A stretch of DNA of 64,000 bases from Candidatus Bathyarchaeota archaeon (GTDB taxonomy: Archaea; Thermoproteota; Bathyarchaeia; Bathyarchaeales; Bathycorpusculaceae): assembly GCA_963806535.1 (NCBI GenBank), contig CAWDYC010000004.1:320001-384000 (forward strand), given 5' to 3'. The translations under genes and the position numbers were made by a program. How positions within the stretch are numbered: position 1 is the stretch's first letter; every line of letters starts with the position of its first letter. The notes below the pieces were generated by a model. That model did no database searches and had not been told where the DNA came from. It worked only from the letters and a program-made list of their open reading frames with translations. Below, piece by piece: positions 22,142-32,229 of this stretch.

Positions 22142-22699
22142 ATGCTTGCTAACAAGAAACATAAGCTCTCCTGCAAAGTCTGGATAGAATACAAAGACAA
22201 ACCCGTGTTAGGCAAAGGCGGAGCAGAAATTCTGGAAGCTATTGAAAAGGAAAAGTCAATTTCTAAAGCTGCAGAAAGCTTAGGAATGTCTTACCGTTAC
22301 GTTTGGAACTACATTGATGACATTCACAAAACTTTAGAACAATCAATAGTTGAAACACATAAAGGCGGAAAATTCGGCGGCGGTGGAGCAAAACTTACTG
22401 ATTTAGGCAGAAGTTTACTTGCTGAGTACAAACAAGTTGAGAATTATATGGACAAGGTTTTGTCAAGCTCAGGAAAATTGGAGGTGAAAGGTGTGAAATT
22501 AAGTGCAAGGAATCGTTTTAAAGGTAAAGTTGTTTCTGTTGAAAAAGGTGTAATTACAGCCAAAGTTAAGGTTGAAGTAAAAATGCCTATAACCATCACA
22601 GCAGTTATAACGAAGGATGCAGTTGAAGATTTGGACATTAATGTCGGCGATGAAGTCGAAGCTATCGTGAAGTCAACAGAAGTAATCATCGGCAAATAA
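22142..22699 (+). CDS. modE: ModE-family regulator (wHTH + TOBE)
   Basis: SISKAAESLGMSYRYVW...KGGKFGGGAKLT N-domain and SARNRFKG TOBE domain. Confidence 0.88.
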   Translation: MLANKKHKLSCKVWIEYKDKPVLGKGGAEILEAIEKEKSISKAAESLGMSYRYVWNYIDDIHKTLEQSIVETHKGGKFGGGGAKLTDLGRSLLAEYKQVENYMDKVLSSSGKLEVKGVKLSARNRFKGKVVSVEKGVITAKVKVEVKMPITITAVITKDAVEDLDINVGDEVEAIVKSTEVIIGK

Positions 22700-22852
22700 T
22701 TTTTTTTTACAGTCAATCTTCAAAATAATAATTGATTTAGCAGTCGATACCCGTTAGGGGCATCTTTTTTTTTATCAAAAATCATTAAACAAATAGTAGA
22801 CCCATATCCAATACAGAAGGGGTAACGGCTGAGAAATAAGAGCGTTCAGCGC

Positions 22853-23404
22853 TTACTCTACAACGTATCTATAAGTAACATGTTCGCCGGCAGTTGCGCT
22901 TTTCCTCGTGATTTTCAATATGTCGCCTGGTTTTGCGCCGATGACTTTGACTGCTGGGTCGCCTGATTTTATCTGTGGCATTTGGTAAGGTTTAACTTTG
23001 AATTGGGCAAGAAGCTGATTTTTTTCTTTTTCAGGTAGAATTTCGTGGAATGGAACAAGTGCGTGTTCAAAAATGTCGAAAACAGGGAACGATTTCGGAA
23101 GTAATTCAACTTGTTTCTTCTTTGCGCCTAGTTTAACCGCATGTGTGTAGCGTCCTTCGGTTACTACGATTGCGCGGTCGATTTCTTTTTCTTTCATCAC
23201 TTTGTAAAGAGTGTTCATAGCCGCGATGCCGACGGTTGCTTCACCGAGAATGCACCAGATGAGCGCTTTCTCTTTGTCCTGTGGAATGTCAATTATGTAG
23301 CCGACTGCGCCTTCAGATTTTTCTTTCGAAATTAACTTGTATTTTCTCAGTTTTATTAGGACTTCAGCTTTGCGTTCTTCGATTGTTTCAATATTAGCGC
23401 TCAA
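22853..23404 (-). CDS. rpoH: RNA polymerase subunit Rpo5/RpoH with an extended RPB5-like N-terminal domain
   Basis: C-terminal HALVPFHEIL...PQIKSGDPAVK.IGAKPGDILKITRKSATAG...YRYVV, plus ~105 extra N-terminal residues. Confidence 0.92.
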   Translation of the reverse strand: MSANIETIEERKAEVLIKLRKYKLISKEKSEGAVGYIIDIPQDKEKALIWCILGEATVGIAAMNTLYKVMKEKEIDRAIVVTEGRYTHAVKLGAKKKQVELLPKSFPVFDIFEHALVPFHEILPEKEKNQLLAQFKVKPYQMPQIKSGDPAVKVIGAKPGDILKITRKSATAGEHVTYRYVVE

Positions 23405-23577
23405 ACTATAAACCTCAAAGTTGGAATACGCGAAATCATAAGAAACTATTGCCCTTAAACTTTTCCCCTTAAAAAGGCTACCTTGATAACGTTACTGCCC
23501 CAGAGGATAATTGATAGTACTTAACTTATATTAGATCAACAACAAACCCATTTCTGTTAACAAACGGAAGCACCATT

Positions 23578-24203
23578 ATGGCTGAAGGGAAATAACGGTC
23601 AACACCTACATCTCGCATAGAATCTCTATCTGACCTCATTTTCGGTTTAGCTCTCCATAGGCGCCCTCACTTTAATTGGGCAGCCTCCGAGCGATTTTGG
23701 GCAACTGCTTCAATCCTTATTATTTTATGCGTTTAGCTTTCTGATATTAATCAGCGTTTGGTATGCGTACACACGTACAATGTCTGAGTTGCGTATTGAG
23801 ACAGGCCGATTGGTCAAGCTAAATATTTTGCTACTTTTCTTAGTTTTCGTAGAACCTTTCCTTTTCAATCAGTTAAACAGTAGTTCTCCATTAGTCGAGA
23901 ACGTGTCAATATTGTACGCTCTTGATCTAGGCGGACTATTCGTCATACAAGCACTCCTTGCCAACCGTATTTTATCGGATAAAACCCGACCAGACTCGAT
24001 AATTCAAGCATACAAGCTTCGAAGAAAACACAATGATAATCAGTTCTGCTTTCTTCTTTATTTCCGTCTTGCCATTCTTCTGGTCTTTGAGCTTACAGGT
24101 AAGCGCGGCAGGTATACCTTTAAGAATACTCTTGTGGATAATTCCAATGTTTTTGCCAAGCATTCGACGGTTATGGGAGCGAAAATTAAACAGTAGGCAG
24201 TAA
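23578..24203 (+). pseudogene. TMEM175/DUF1211-family membrane protein, frameshifted
   Basis: SRIESLSDLIFGLAL (RxExxSD motif), FLILISVWYAYT, LNILLLFLVFVEPF across frames. Confidence 0.7.
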
Positions 24204-24235
24204 CCATTGAGATTAGGTAATCAGGCGTATTAAAT

Positions 24236-24652
24236 ATGGATTTGATTGTTTTCAGTGACAAAACAAAATCGCCAACCGATGAGGAACTGATGGCAGCTCT
24301 TGGAGAGACATTTGTTTTTTGGAACGAATTAATGAACATTATATGCCATAGATTTAATCCGGTAGTCGAGTGGATTTTCTCAAGCCCAAAAACAGGATGG
24401 GGGTTACGCCTAAGAAAAGACAAGCGGGCTATTCTCTATATGATTCCTTCCCAAGGCTACTTCATTGCATCGTTCGCTTTAGGCGAGAAAGCCGTGAAAG
24501 CAGCTCATGACAGCAGTGTGCCAAAGGTCATTCTCAATATGATAGATGACGCAAAAAAGTTTGCAGAGGGCAGAGCCGCAAAGATTGAAATTAGAAGAGC
24601 TGAAGACGTTCTTGTCGTAGAAACGCTGGCTATAATCAAAATGCGAAATTAA
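24236..24652 (+). CDS. DUF3788-like protein
   Basis: DKTKSPT, EW.FS...GW.LR..KDKRAILY..P, AKKFAEGR pattern (recognised from memory). Confidence 0.7.
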   Translation: MDLIVFSDKTKSPTDEELMAALGETFVFWNELMNIICHRFNPVVEWIFSSPKTGWGLRLRKDKRAILYMIPSQGYFIASFALGEKAVKAAHDSSVPKVILNMIDDAKKFAEGRAAKIEIRRAEDVLVVETLAIIKMRN

Positions 24653-24695
24653 GAATATTTTATCAAAATACCACTGATCAATTTATTAGCGCAAA

Positions 24696-25655
24696 TTGGT
24701 AGTATTGGCATGGTTGAAAATGGCTTTAAGTAATTTAATGTTGGAGAAAGCAAGTGCGTACGATAAGAATGGGTTAACAAAGCGCGAGGTAGATAATGCG
24801 CTTATGTTGCTCAAAGAGTTTAGGGCAAAATTTCCTTTCGCCGAAAATCCCCGGTCAATAGATTGGCTGGAACCTGATAAAATCTTTAAATCAAATCCGG
24901 ATGAAGTTGGCGAGTTTTTCCGATATTTGGTTTATCATCTTGATCCACTCGGTCATCTTACAATTACCAGCTCTAATGTTTACCGCAATATTAGATTGCA
25001 AATTGAAGATTTCAAATATTTACTCCGTGTTGTGGTTGATAAGAAGAAGTCTTTGGCAGAAAAAGTAAATGCTCCTTGGGAGAGAATAAGTGGTTTGGGA
25101 CAGGATAAGCAAATTGCTAAGAAAATTATATTTTGTTTCAATTACGAAAGCGGAAAAATATTGCCGGTATTTAGCACTTCTCACCTGAAACATTTTGTTA
25201 ACAAACTTGTCGACAAACCAGGCAATCCAAGAAAGTACTACTCGCTTGGAGAAGAGTACGAGGAATTAACCTCTGAACTGCTGGCAACCAAAGAAAAGCT
25301 GCCCATAACCAAATTTTGGGAAATCGCGTATTTCGCCAGATTTCTCTACAATACTTTTTCCCCGCCTGACAGAGAAGCCGCCTCAACCAATTCTTCGGAA
25401 GCAAAAGCAAACACAAAAACTGAAACTAACGAACAGTTGGAACTCAGAGCTTTCATAAAAATTCTCGCCGAATTGCAATCAAAGGGAAAAATTACGGGTC
25501 AACAATTTAGGGAAAACCGCGAACTATGGTTGCACCAACAACCTAATGATCGAGCTGTCCTGATGTGGCGTCTGAAGCAACTTTTAAACACAGAAACTAA
25601 AACAAACCCTACCTTGCTGGGAAAGCAACCATATCAAAAACCACGCAAGATGTAA
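24696..25655 (+). CDS. Hypothetical protein (probable start ATG 24720)
   Basis: 319-aa ORF with an HhH-like ISGLGQDKQIAKKI segment; no family assigned. Confidence 0.7.
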   Translation: MVVLAWLKMALSNLMLEKASAYDKNGLTKREVDNALMLLKEFRAKFPFAENPRSIDWLEPDKIFKSNPDEVGEFFRYLVYHLDPLGHLTITSSNVYRNIRLQIEDFKYLLRVVVDKKKSLAEKVNAPWERISGLGQDKQIAKKIIFCFNYESGKILPVFSTSHLKHFVNKLVDKPGNPRKYYSLGEEYEELTSELLATKEKLPITKFWEIAYFARFLYNTFSPPDREAASTNSSEAKANTKTETNEQLELRAFIKILAELQSKGKITGQQFRENRELWLHQQPNDRAVLMWRLKQLLNTETKTNPTLLGKQPYQKPRKM

Positions 25656-25686
25656 GGACTGCAAACCTAATTTTTGAGAAGTATTG

Positions 25687-25764
25687 TGGCGGGCCCGACG
25701 GGAATTGAACCCGCGACCTACGGATTAAGAGTCCGCCGCTCTAGCCTGACTGAGCCACGGGCCC
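25687..25764 (-). tRNA. tRNA-Lys(CTT), intronless, CCA encoded
   Basis: Reverse complement GGGCCCGTGGCTCAGTCAGGCTAGAGCGGCGGACTCTTAATCCGTAGGTCGCGGGTTCAATTCCCGTCGGGCCCGCCA folds as a cloverleaf with anticodon CTT. Confidence 0.96.
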
Positions 25765-25887
25765 GCATCGCTGCGCTTTTGAAAAAGGCTCCACTGAATA
25801 ATATAGAGCTTACGGTTTGTTGTTGCATCTGGATGCAGTGAAAAACTAATAACAAAGGAGACCATTAACTTTTAATGGAGACTTTTC

Positions 25888-26823
25888 ATGGCAAGTTCTT
25901 TTGGCGAGGTTTTCATTCTCAAAACATCGGATAGAAAAACGGGGATTCCCGCGATTCTAAAAAAGTTAGGATTAGAAGATTTCTCAGAAAAGAATGTGGC
26001 TTTAAAAGCTAATTATAATAGTGCAGACCCATTTCCAGCCTCAACCCACATAGACACCTTACGAGTTCTCATTGAAACCCTAAAGAGCGTAGGAGCAGGC
26101 AAAGTTACTTTGGCTGAACGCAGCGGCATGGGCAACACTCGAGAAGTTCTGGAAAAAATGGGTGTCTTAGCATTGTCTAAAGAACTTGGGTTCAACGCAG
26201 TAGTGTTAGATGAAGTAGGCAAAGAAGATTGGCTTAAAGTTGAAAGACCTGAAACCCATTGGCTTAAAGGATTCTACATGGCAAAAGTTTTTCACGATGC
26301 CGACAAAGTCGTTCAAACTTGTTGCCTGAAAACGCATAGGTTCGGTGGTCACTTTACGCTTTCATTAAAGAATTCTGTTGGCTTAATAGCGAAAAGAGTT
26401 CCAGGCGGAATTTATGATTACATGTGGGAACTACATAGCTCACCCTTCCAAAGGCAGATGATTGCGGAAATAAACAGCAATTACAATTCGGATTTTGTTT
26501 TGATGGACGGCATTAAAGCTTTCATTACAGGTGGTCCCGAAAAAGGCAAATTAGTAGAGCCTAATCTATTGCTTGCAAGCCGGGACCGAGTCGCAATAGA
26601 TGCAGTTGGAGTGGCTGTTCTCAAGTTGTATGGGGCAAAAGGTAAAGTTGGGGAAGCAGATGTTTTCGAGCAAGACCAGTTAAAACGTGCCGCGGAGTTG
26701 GGTTTCGGGGCGAAATCAGTCGATGACGTAAAATTGACTCCTTTAAATGATGAAAGTCAAGTTGAAGCAGAACGAATTGAGCAGGTTCTCAAAGCGAAAG
26801 TTGTTAACCCTAAAGACGCATAA
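25888..26823 (+). CDS. DUF362-domain protein
   Basis: VALKAN, AERSG, CLKTH..GHFTLSLKNSVG, DRVAIDAVG. Confidence 0.85.
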   Translation: MASSFGEVFILKTSDRKTGIPAILKKLGLEDFSEKNVALKANYNSADPFPASTHIDTLRVLIETLKSVGAGKVTLAERSGMGNTREVLEKMGVLALSKELGFNAVVLDEVGKEDWLKVERPETHWLKGFYMAKVFHDADKVVQTCCLKTHRFGGHFTLSLKNSVGLIAKRVPGGIYDYMWELHSSPFQRQMIAEINSNYNSDFVLMDGIKAFITGGPEKGKLVEPNLLLASRDRVAIDAVGVAVLKLYGAKGKVGEADVFEQDQLKRAAELGFGAKSVDDVKLTPLNDESQVEAERIEQVLKAKVVNPKDA

Positions 26824-27478
26824 GTATGTCTGGTTTGTCGCTAGCTATTCCGTCAACGCCTTTTTTAGCGTATTCCTCAGCTTCTTGAGGGCTATTTATG
26901 GTCCAAACTATCATTTTTAGACCGCATTCATGGGCTTTCTCAACATTAGCTGTATGGGTGAACCTGTATAATGCCAAGAGATAATTTGCTTTCAGTTCCA
27001 AAGCAGCTTTCAATGGGTTCTTGTGTTTTGCATAAATCAACCCTGTCTCAATGTCTTTGTTTAGTTCTCTGACTTTTTTGAGGGCATCTTCAAGGAAAGA
27101 AACGATAACAACATTTTCTTCCAACTCTTTCTGGTGAACTATGGAAAGCACTTGCTTTTCAATGCCCGCTTCTTTTAGCTCAATAAAAACTTTGACTTTC
27201 TTGTCTAAAAAATCCAGTGTTTCCTCCAAAGTCGGAATCTTCTCGCCGCCACCAGCATCAAATCCTTTGATTTCTTTAAGCATAAGTTCACTCACTAAGC
27301 CTTCGCTATCAGTTGTTCGCTTGACATCTTTATCGTGAACAACTACAAGTTGGTCGTCTTTGGTTTTTCTAACGTCTAACTCGACTGCATCTACACCGAT
27401 TTCTAACGCTTTCCTAAAACTCGACAACGTATTCTCAGGCGCGTACGCTCTGGCGCCCCTATGACCAATACGCAACAT
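26810..27478 (-). CDS. Glycerophosphodiester phosphodiesterase
   Basis: IGHRGA..PENTL, ELDVRKTKD, VVHD, IELK, WTIN, GVDGIASD. Confidence 0.93.
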   Translation of the reverse strand: MLRIGHRGARAYAPENTLSSFRKALEIGVDAVELDVRKTKDDQLVVVHDKDVKRTTDSEGLVSELMLKEIKGFDAGGGEKIPTLEETLDFLDKKVKVFIELKEAGIEKQVLSIVHQKELEENVVIVSFLEDALKKVRELNKDIETGLIYAKHKNPLKAALELKANYLLALYRFTHTANVEKAHECGLKMIVWTINSPQEAEEYAKKGVDGIASDKPDILMRL

Positions 27479-27596
27479 ACCAACTTGTTACTCAAAGAGG
27501 AAATAATATCTTTTGTAAATAATAATTCGAGTAATTTTTGGAAGATTGAACACTTAAATAGTTTCACCACGCACTCAAAAATGAGCGAATAACGAT

Positions 27597-28067
27597 ATGA
27601 CTTCTCAAGAAAAAATTGCTGTAAATCCAATTGGTTATGTTAAAACCGAAGCGGTCGGCGATGAGGTTAAAGATAAATTAAGAGTATCACAAATCGTCCT
27701 TAATGATAAGTTAGTTAATGCTTTAGATGGCATAATTGGTTTTTCGCATGTGTTTGTAATTTTTTGGATGAGCCAAATCCCAGATGATAAACGTATGATT
27801 CTCAAGGTTCATCCGAGGGGTAGAATGGATATGCCTTTGCTCGGAGTTTTCGCCACTCGAACCAACCTTCGACCCAACCCAATAGGGCTTACACTTGTGG
27901 AGTTGTTGAAAGTTGAAGATCGGACACTGACTGTTCGTGGTCTGGACGCTTTCGATGGTACACCAATTTTGGACATTAAGCCCTTTGACTCTTGGGACAT
28001 TGCAGAAAAAGCCAGAGTTCCTGAATGGTGGAATAAACTAAACGAGGAAAAACCAAAGACTCTATAA
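27597..28067 (+). CDS. tsaA: tRNA m6t6A37 methyltransferase TrmO/TsaA family
   Basis: PIG, GVFATR..RPNPIGLT, GLDAFDGTPILDIKP. Confidence 0.88.
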   Translation: MTSQEKIAVNPIGYVKTEAVGDEVKDKLRVSQIVLNDKLVNALDGIIGFSHVFVIFWMSQIPDDKRMILKVHPRGRMDMPLLGVFATRTNLRPNPIGLTLVELLKVEDRTLTVRGLDAFDGTPILDIKPFDSWDIAEKARVPEWWNKLNEEKPKTL

Positions 28068-28562
28068 AAGCTCTTGGATACCGTATTTTGCATCAAGAAC
28101 TTTTAGCAGTTCAGCTCTAAGTTCTTCACCCTTTAAATCAGCATCTTTTACTACATCAATTTCCTGTGCAAATTCTGACTCATTGCAAGCATCTTTCAAC
28201 CAATTTTCAAAATCGCCTCTGTAAATGTGAAATTCAAGAGAATCCACGCTGACCTTTTTTATATTCTCGTAAAATTCCCCTAACGTTTTTGCTGTCATGT
28301 CGGTCGGTTGGTCAATTCCGTTGTAAAAGTGAAAACCCATCCCTTCCGGGACAGCAATGAAAGCTTTAAGGGCTGCTTTTCCCTTTGCTGTTATTCCAAA
28401 TCCGCTTCCCACTTTTTGTAGAAAACCTTCTTTTGCTAGTTCCTGGACTTGTTGGATTGTTTGGTTTGGATCCAAATTTACTTTTTTAGCAAACATGTTT
28501 ATGTCCATGCGGCTTGTGGCTTCACTTAAGGTCTTTAAAACTTTGAATTGTTCTTCTTTCAT
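28062..28562 (-). CDS. wHTH + DUF5752-like domain protein
   Basis: N-terminal HTH/wing (ITAKGK); C-terminal FHFY...AKTLGEF...SLEFH..RGDFENW. Confidence 0.7.
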   Translation of the reverse strand: MKEEQFKVLKTLSEATSRMDINMFAKKVNLDPNQTIQQVQELAKEGFLQKVGSGFGITAKGKAALKAFIAVPEGMGFHFYNGIDQPTDMTAKTLGEFYENIKKVSVDSLEFHIYRGDFENWLKDACNESEFAQEIDVVKDADLKGEELRAELLKVLDAKYGIQELL

Positions 28563-28713
28563 CAGGCATCCCCTTAATCTATGATTACTTCAACATTTAA
28601 TATACTCTGGGGAAACTTAAATCTCTTAACAATATCAAAAATTAAGAGCCGATGTTCAAATAAATGGCAACTTTATTTATCTTCAAAACTAACATTTCAA
28701 TTAGTGACTGCCT

Positions 28714-29100
28714 TTGAAAAATAATTATATCATTATTTTGGTTACCTGTAAAGATAGGATGGAAGCCGAAAAAATAACCCAATCACTTTTAGAGCAACGT
28801 TTGATTGCTTGCGGAAACATAATTAGTCCAGTTAAGTCTTTTTTCAATTGGCTTGGCAAAATCGATAACGCAGAAGAATGTCTGATTGTCATGAAATCGC
28901 GTTTGGACTTGTTTGGGCAAGTTGCTGAGCAAGTGAAAGGCTTGCATAGTTATGAGGTTCCGGAGGTTTTGGCTCTTCCAATTGTTGAAGGATCCAATGC
29001 TTATTTGGATTGGATGAAAAATGTGCTTAAACCCAAATTTGAAGCAAAATATCAAACTAGGAGTCGTAATAACCAGAAAAAAACTGATCCTATAAAATAA
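28714..29100 (+). CDS. cutA: Divalent-cation tolerance protein CutA
   Basis: LLEQRLIACGNI, W.GKI...E, LHSYEVPEVLALP, YLDW. Confidence 0.92.
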   Translation: MKNNYIIILVTCKDRMEAEKITQSLLEQRLIACGNIISPVKSFFNWLGKIDNAEECLIVMKSRLDLFGQVAEQVKGLHSYEVPEVLALPIVEGSNAYLDWMKNVLKPKFEAKYQTRSRNNQKKTDPIK

Positions 29101-29149
29101 CCTGGTGCCAAAATCTTTAAGCAGTTAGCGCATAAATATCGGCAATTGA

Positions 29150-30055
29150 TTGGGTGAAAAAGTGGACAAGACAGATGTAATATTGTGCCAGCTTTTGCTC
29201 GCAAACTCTAGGCTTTCTTATCGTGAACTCGCAGAAAAATTGAATATGTCAGTAACTGCTGTTCATAGCCGCATTCAATCCTTAATCGAGCTGGGCATAA
29301 TCCGTAAGTTCACCACAAGAATAAGCATTTTCGCAAAAAAAGCCATACACGTCTTAATTATCGGAAGCTCCAAGACCAACTCAATAAAAAGCGTAAAACA
29401 GAAAATAGAGACGCATAATCGTATTTACTGGCTTGCTGTAGGCGGAGGAAATGTCTTGTACATAGGTGCCTATTTAGAGAATATAGTTGAAATGGAAGGC
29501 ATTGTTCGGTTTGTTAAAGAGAACGCTGAAATGCCTGAACCCACTGTTGGAATAACCGTTTCCCCCATTCCTATAATTAAACCAAATGTTAATTCACAGA
29601 TTGGATTTTGCGAGCTTGACTATAAGATCGTGAGATCCCTGAAAGATGATTCGCGCAAAGCCGTTTCCGTCGTCGCTGAAGAATTGGGGGTTTCTGCTAA
29701 AACCGTTAGGCGTCGACTCAGCAGAATGGTCAAGAATTATTTGATAGAATTTTCGATTGATTGGTATCCTGACGCTTCAAATGATATAATAAGCATATTT
29801 CATGCGCAATTCAAAAGTGAGGCTAGTCCTAACGCTGCTAACTTACTTTTGCAAAAGTACTATCCCAACACGCTCTTTTACTGGGGACTAAGCAACATTC
29901 CAAACAATTATATCTTCATGATTTGGACACCGACAAGCAAGGAACTTAAAACAATTCGTGAAAAATTAGAGCAGGAACCAGCATTAAATACTGTAGTTGC
30001 AAACATCATCTACACAGGTTACATATTCAAAAGCTGGCGCGACGAAATCCCATAA
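29150..30055 (+). CDS. Tandem (duplicated) Lrp/AsnC-family transcriptional regulator
   Basis: Two HTH modules: DKTD..L..NSRLSYRELAEKL and DYKIV..LKDDSRKAVS.VAEELGVSAKTVRRR. Confidence 0.85.
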   Translation: MGEKVDKTDVILCQLLLANSRLSYRELAEKLNMSVTAVHSRIQSLIELGIIRKFTTRISIFAKKAIHVLIIGSSKTNSIKSVKQKIETHNRIYWLAVGGGNVLYIGAYLENIVEMEGIVRFVKENAEMPEPTVGITVSPIPIIKPNVNSQIGFCELDYKIVRSLKDDSRKAVSVVAEELGVSAKTVRRRLSRMVKNYLIEFSIDWYPDASNDIISIFHAQFKSEASPNAANLLLQKYYPNTLFYWGLSNIPNNYIFMIWTPTSKELKTIREKLEQEPALNTVVANIIYTGYIFKSWRDEIP

Positions 30056-30170
30056 AGTCTCGTTTATTAACCTTCCATAGTTAAAAAGTGACTTTTCAAC
30101 ACTTCTAATTGCTCTTTCTTAAACCAAGTGATAAACATGAAACTAAATTCTCAAAAACCTACTGACAACC

Positions 30171-30938
30171 ATGCAAAAGGAGAATTACAAAATGACAGAA
30201 CGAGCAATAACAATAGAAAACTTAACTAAAAGATTCGAAGACAAAACAGCAATCGATGACCTAAGTCTGCAAGTAGTTAAAGGTGAACTCTTTGGACTTT
30301 TAGGACCAAACGGCTCGGGAAAAACAACCACCATAAACATTCTTTGTGGCCTAATTAAGCCAACAAGCGGAATCGCCAAAATCTACAACTATGATATTCA
30401 AAAAGAAATGCAGAAAATAAAAGAACCCATCGGTGTATGCGTTCAAGAGACGGCAATTTACCCCTACTTAACTGGCAAAGAAAACATTGAGCTTATCGGA
30501 AACCTACATTGCATGAACAAGAAATTGCTCAAAGAAAGAAGCAAAATGTTACTAACAAAAATGGGCTTAGAAGATGACGCAAAACGATTGGCAACAAAAT
30601 ACAGCGGTGGCATGAAACGTCGGCTGAGCCTAACTTTAGCGTTAATTCATAACCCGCAAATTGTTTTTTTGGATGAGCCAACGGTAGCTATGGATCCACA
30701 GTCTCGCCATGCCGTCTGGGATTTCATAAAAGAGCAAAAAGCACAAGGCAAAACCATCATTTTAACAACCCATTATATGGAAGAAGCAGAGGAACTATGC
30801 GACAGAGTCGGAATAATTGACCATGGCAAACTCATAGCCCTTGGAACTCCCAAAGAACTAATTGTAGAGAGCCAAGTCAAGAACCTTGAAGAACTCTTCA
30901 TAAAATTGACTGGAAGAAACATTCGGGAGGAAGCATAA
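30171..30938 (+). CDS. ABC-2 type exporter ATP-binding protein
   Basis: GPNGSGKT, YSGGMKRR, FLDEPT, TTHYMEEAE. Confidence 0.92.
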   Translation: MQKENYKMTERAITIENLTKRFEDKTAIDDLSLQVVKGELFGLLGPNGSGKTTTINILCGLIKPTSGIAKIYNYDIQKEMQKIKEPIGVCVQETAIYPYLTGKENIELIGNLHCMNKKLLKERSKMLLTKMGLEDDAKRLATKYSGGMKRRLSLTLALIHNPQIVFLDEPTVAMDPQSRHAVWDFIKEQKAQGKTIILTTHYMEEAEELCDRVGIIDHGKLIALGTPKELIVESQVKNLEELFIKLTGRNIREEA

Positions 30939-32099
30939 ATGAAGTTTCAACGAGTATTTGCTTTAGCTAAAAAAGAACTAAAGAAAACAATTCGTGAACC
31001 TGCAGTACTTTTTATGATATTCCTATTTCCAATAGTGTTTGTTTTTGCCTTCGGAGCTTCTTTTGGTGGAGTCGGCGGTAGCCAAACAACAATGTATCAA
31101 CTTGGGGTCGTAAACACAGATCACGGTGGCTTAGTTAACGCTTCACAAATCTTCTTGACAGCCCTGGCTAATACAAAAATAATAAACATTCACATCTATC
31201 CCGATAACCTAACTTCACAAAATGACCTCTCACAAGGCAATGTTCAAGCCGTTATGGTGATTCCAGCTGATTTCAGCCAGAGCTATTCCTCATACCAAGC
31301 AGCTCCAAATGCCCATTCAAAATGGACTAACGCAACAGTTTTGCTGTACCTTGACAAGGGCTCATTAATTGCCACCCAAGCTATCCCACCTGTCATCCAG
31401 CAAACCCTTACAAGTATCACAAACCAAAGCCAACAAGCACTTCAAAATCCCTTTCAAGTCCAAACCGCTTCACTGGTAGATGTAAAATCCACCTCCCCTT
31501 TTGATTTCCTTGCACCAGGCATGTTTACTTTCGCAAGCATCTTCCTCATAATGATGGTTGCACAATCCTTTACGCAAGACCGAGAAAACGGAATGATGAA
31601 ACGCATCAGAATTACACCAACAACCCCGACTGAGTTTATGGCCAGCCAAGTAATGTCGTATACGGTCATTGCCTTAATTCAAGCAACCCTCGTCTTCGCT
31701 ATGACTTATGTTCTAGGCTTCAAACCAAACGTCGGCATAGCCACTTACGCCTTCGCATTCATAATAGTGCTAATATTCTCACTGTCAAACGTGGGCTTTG
31801 GGTTAATCACCGCTACAATCTCAAAATCCGCAAGTGCAGCAACCGGCTTAAGCTTTCTCTTCGTGTTGCCACAACTGTTTCTGGGTACATTCGTGGGAGC
31901 AACCCTCTCTGGCGGTGCTCAAGTTGCAGGCAAATTTGTACCCAGCTACTACGTTACTAACGCATTAACTTCGCTGTTTCTCAGAGACGCAGCTGTATCA
32001 AGCACTACTGTGCTCTTAGACCTATTAGTTGTATCAGTATCCTGCGTCGCCATTTTAGCAGTTGGTATAGTGCTGTACGCAAAATACTATAAAATCTGA
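30939..32099 (+). CDS. ABC-2 type exporter permease
   Basis: One TM, an extracytoplasmic domain, then 5 TM; DRENG motif; adjacent to the ATPase. Confidence 0.88.
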   Translation: MKFQRVFALAKKELKKTIREPAVLFMIFLFPIVFVFAFGASFGGVGGSQTTMYQLGVVNTDHGGLVNASQIFLTALANTKIINIHIYPDNLTSQNDLSQGNVQAVMVIPADFSQSYSSYQAAPNAHSKWTNATVLLYLDKGSLIATQAIPPVIQQTLTSITNQSQQALQNPFQVQTASLVDVKSTSPFDFLAPGMFTFASIFLIMMVAQSFTQDRENGMMKRIRITPTTPTEFMASQVMSYTVIALIQATLVFAMTYVLGFKPNVGIATYAFAFIIVLIFSLSNVGFGLITATISKSASAATGLSFLFVLPQLFLGTFVGATLSGGAQVAGKFVPSYYVTNALTSLFLRDAAVSSTTVLLDLLVVSVSCVAILAVGIVLYAKYYKI

Positions 32100-32229
32100 G
32101 CGAAAATCCCCTCTTCTTTTTTTAACACTAACTATTTCCTTGAAAATATCTTCAGATCAATTGTTTTTGATTTCACAAGACTAACATAAGTAGTTGAATG
32201 TACGTTTTTGTACTGATAAGCCTTAAATA

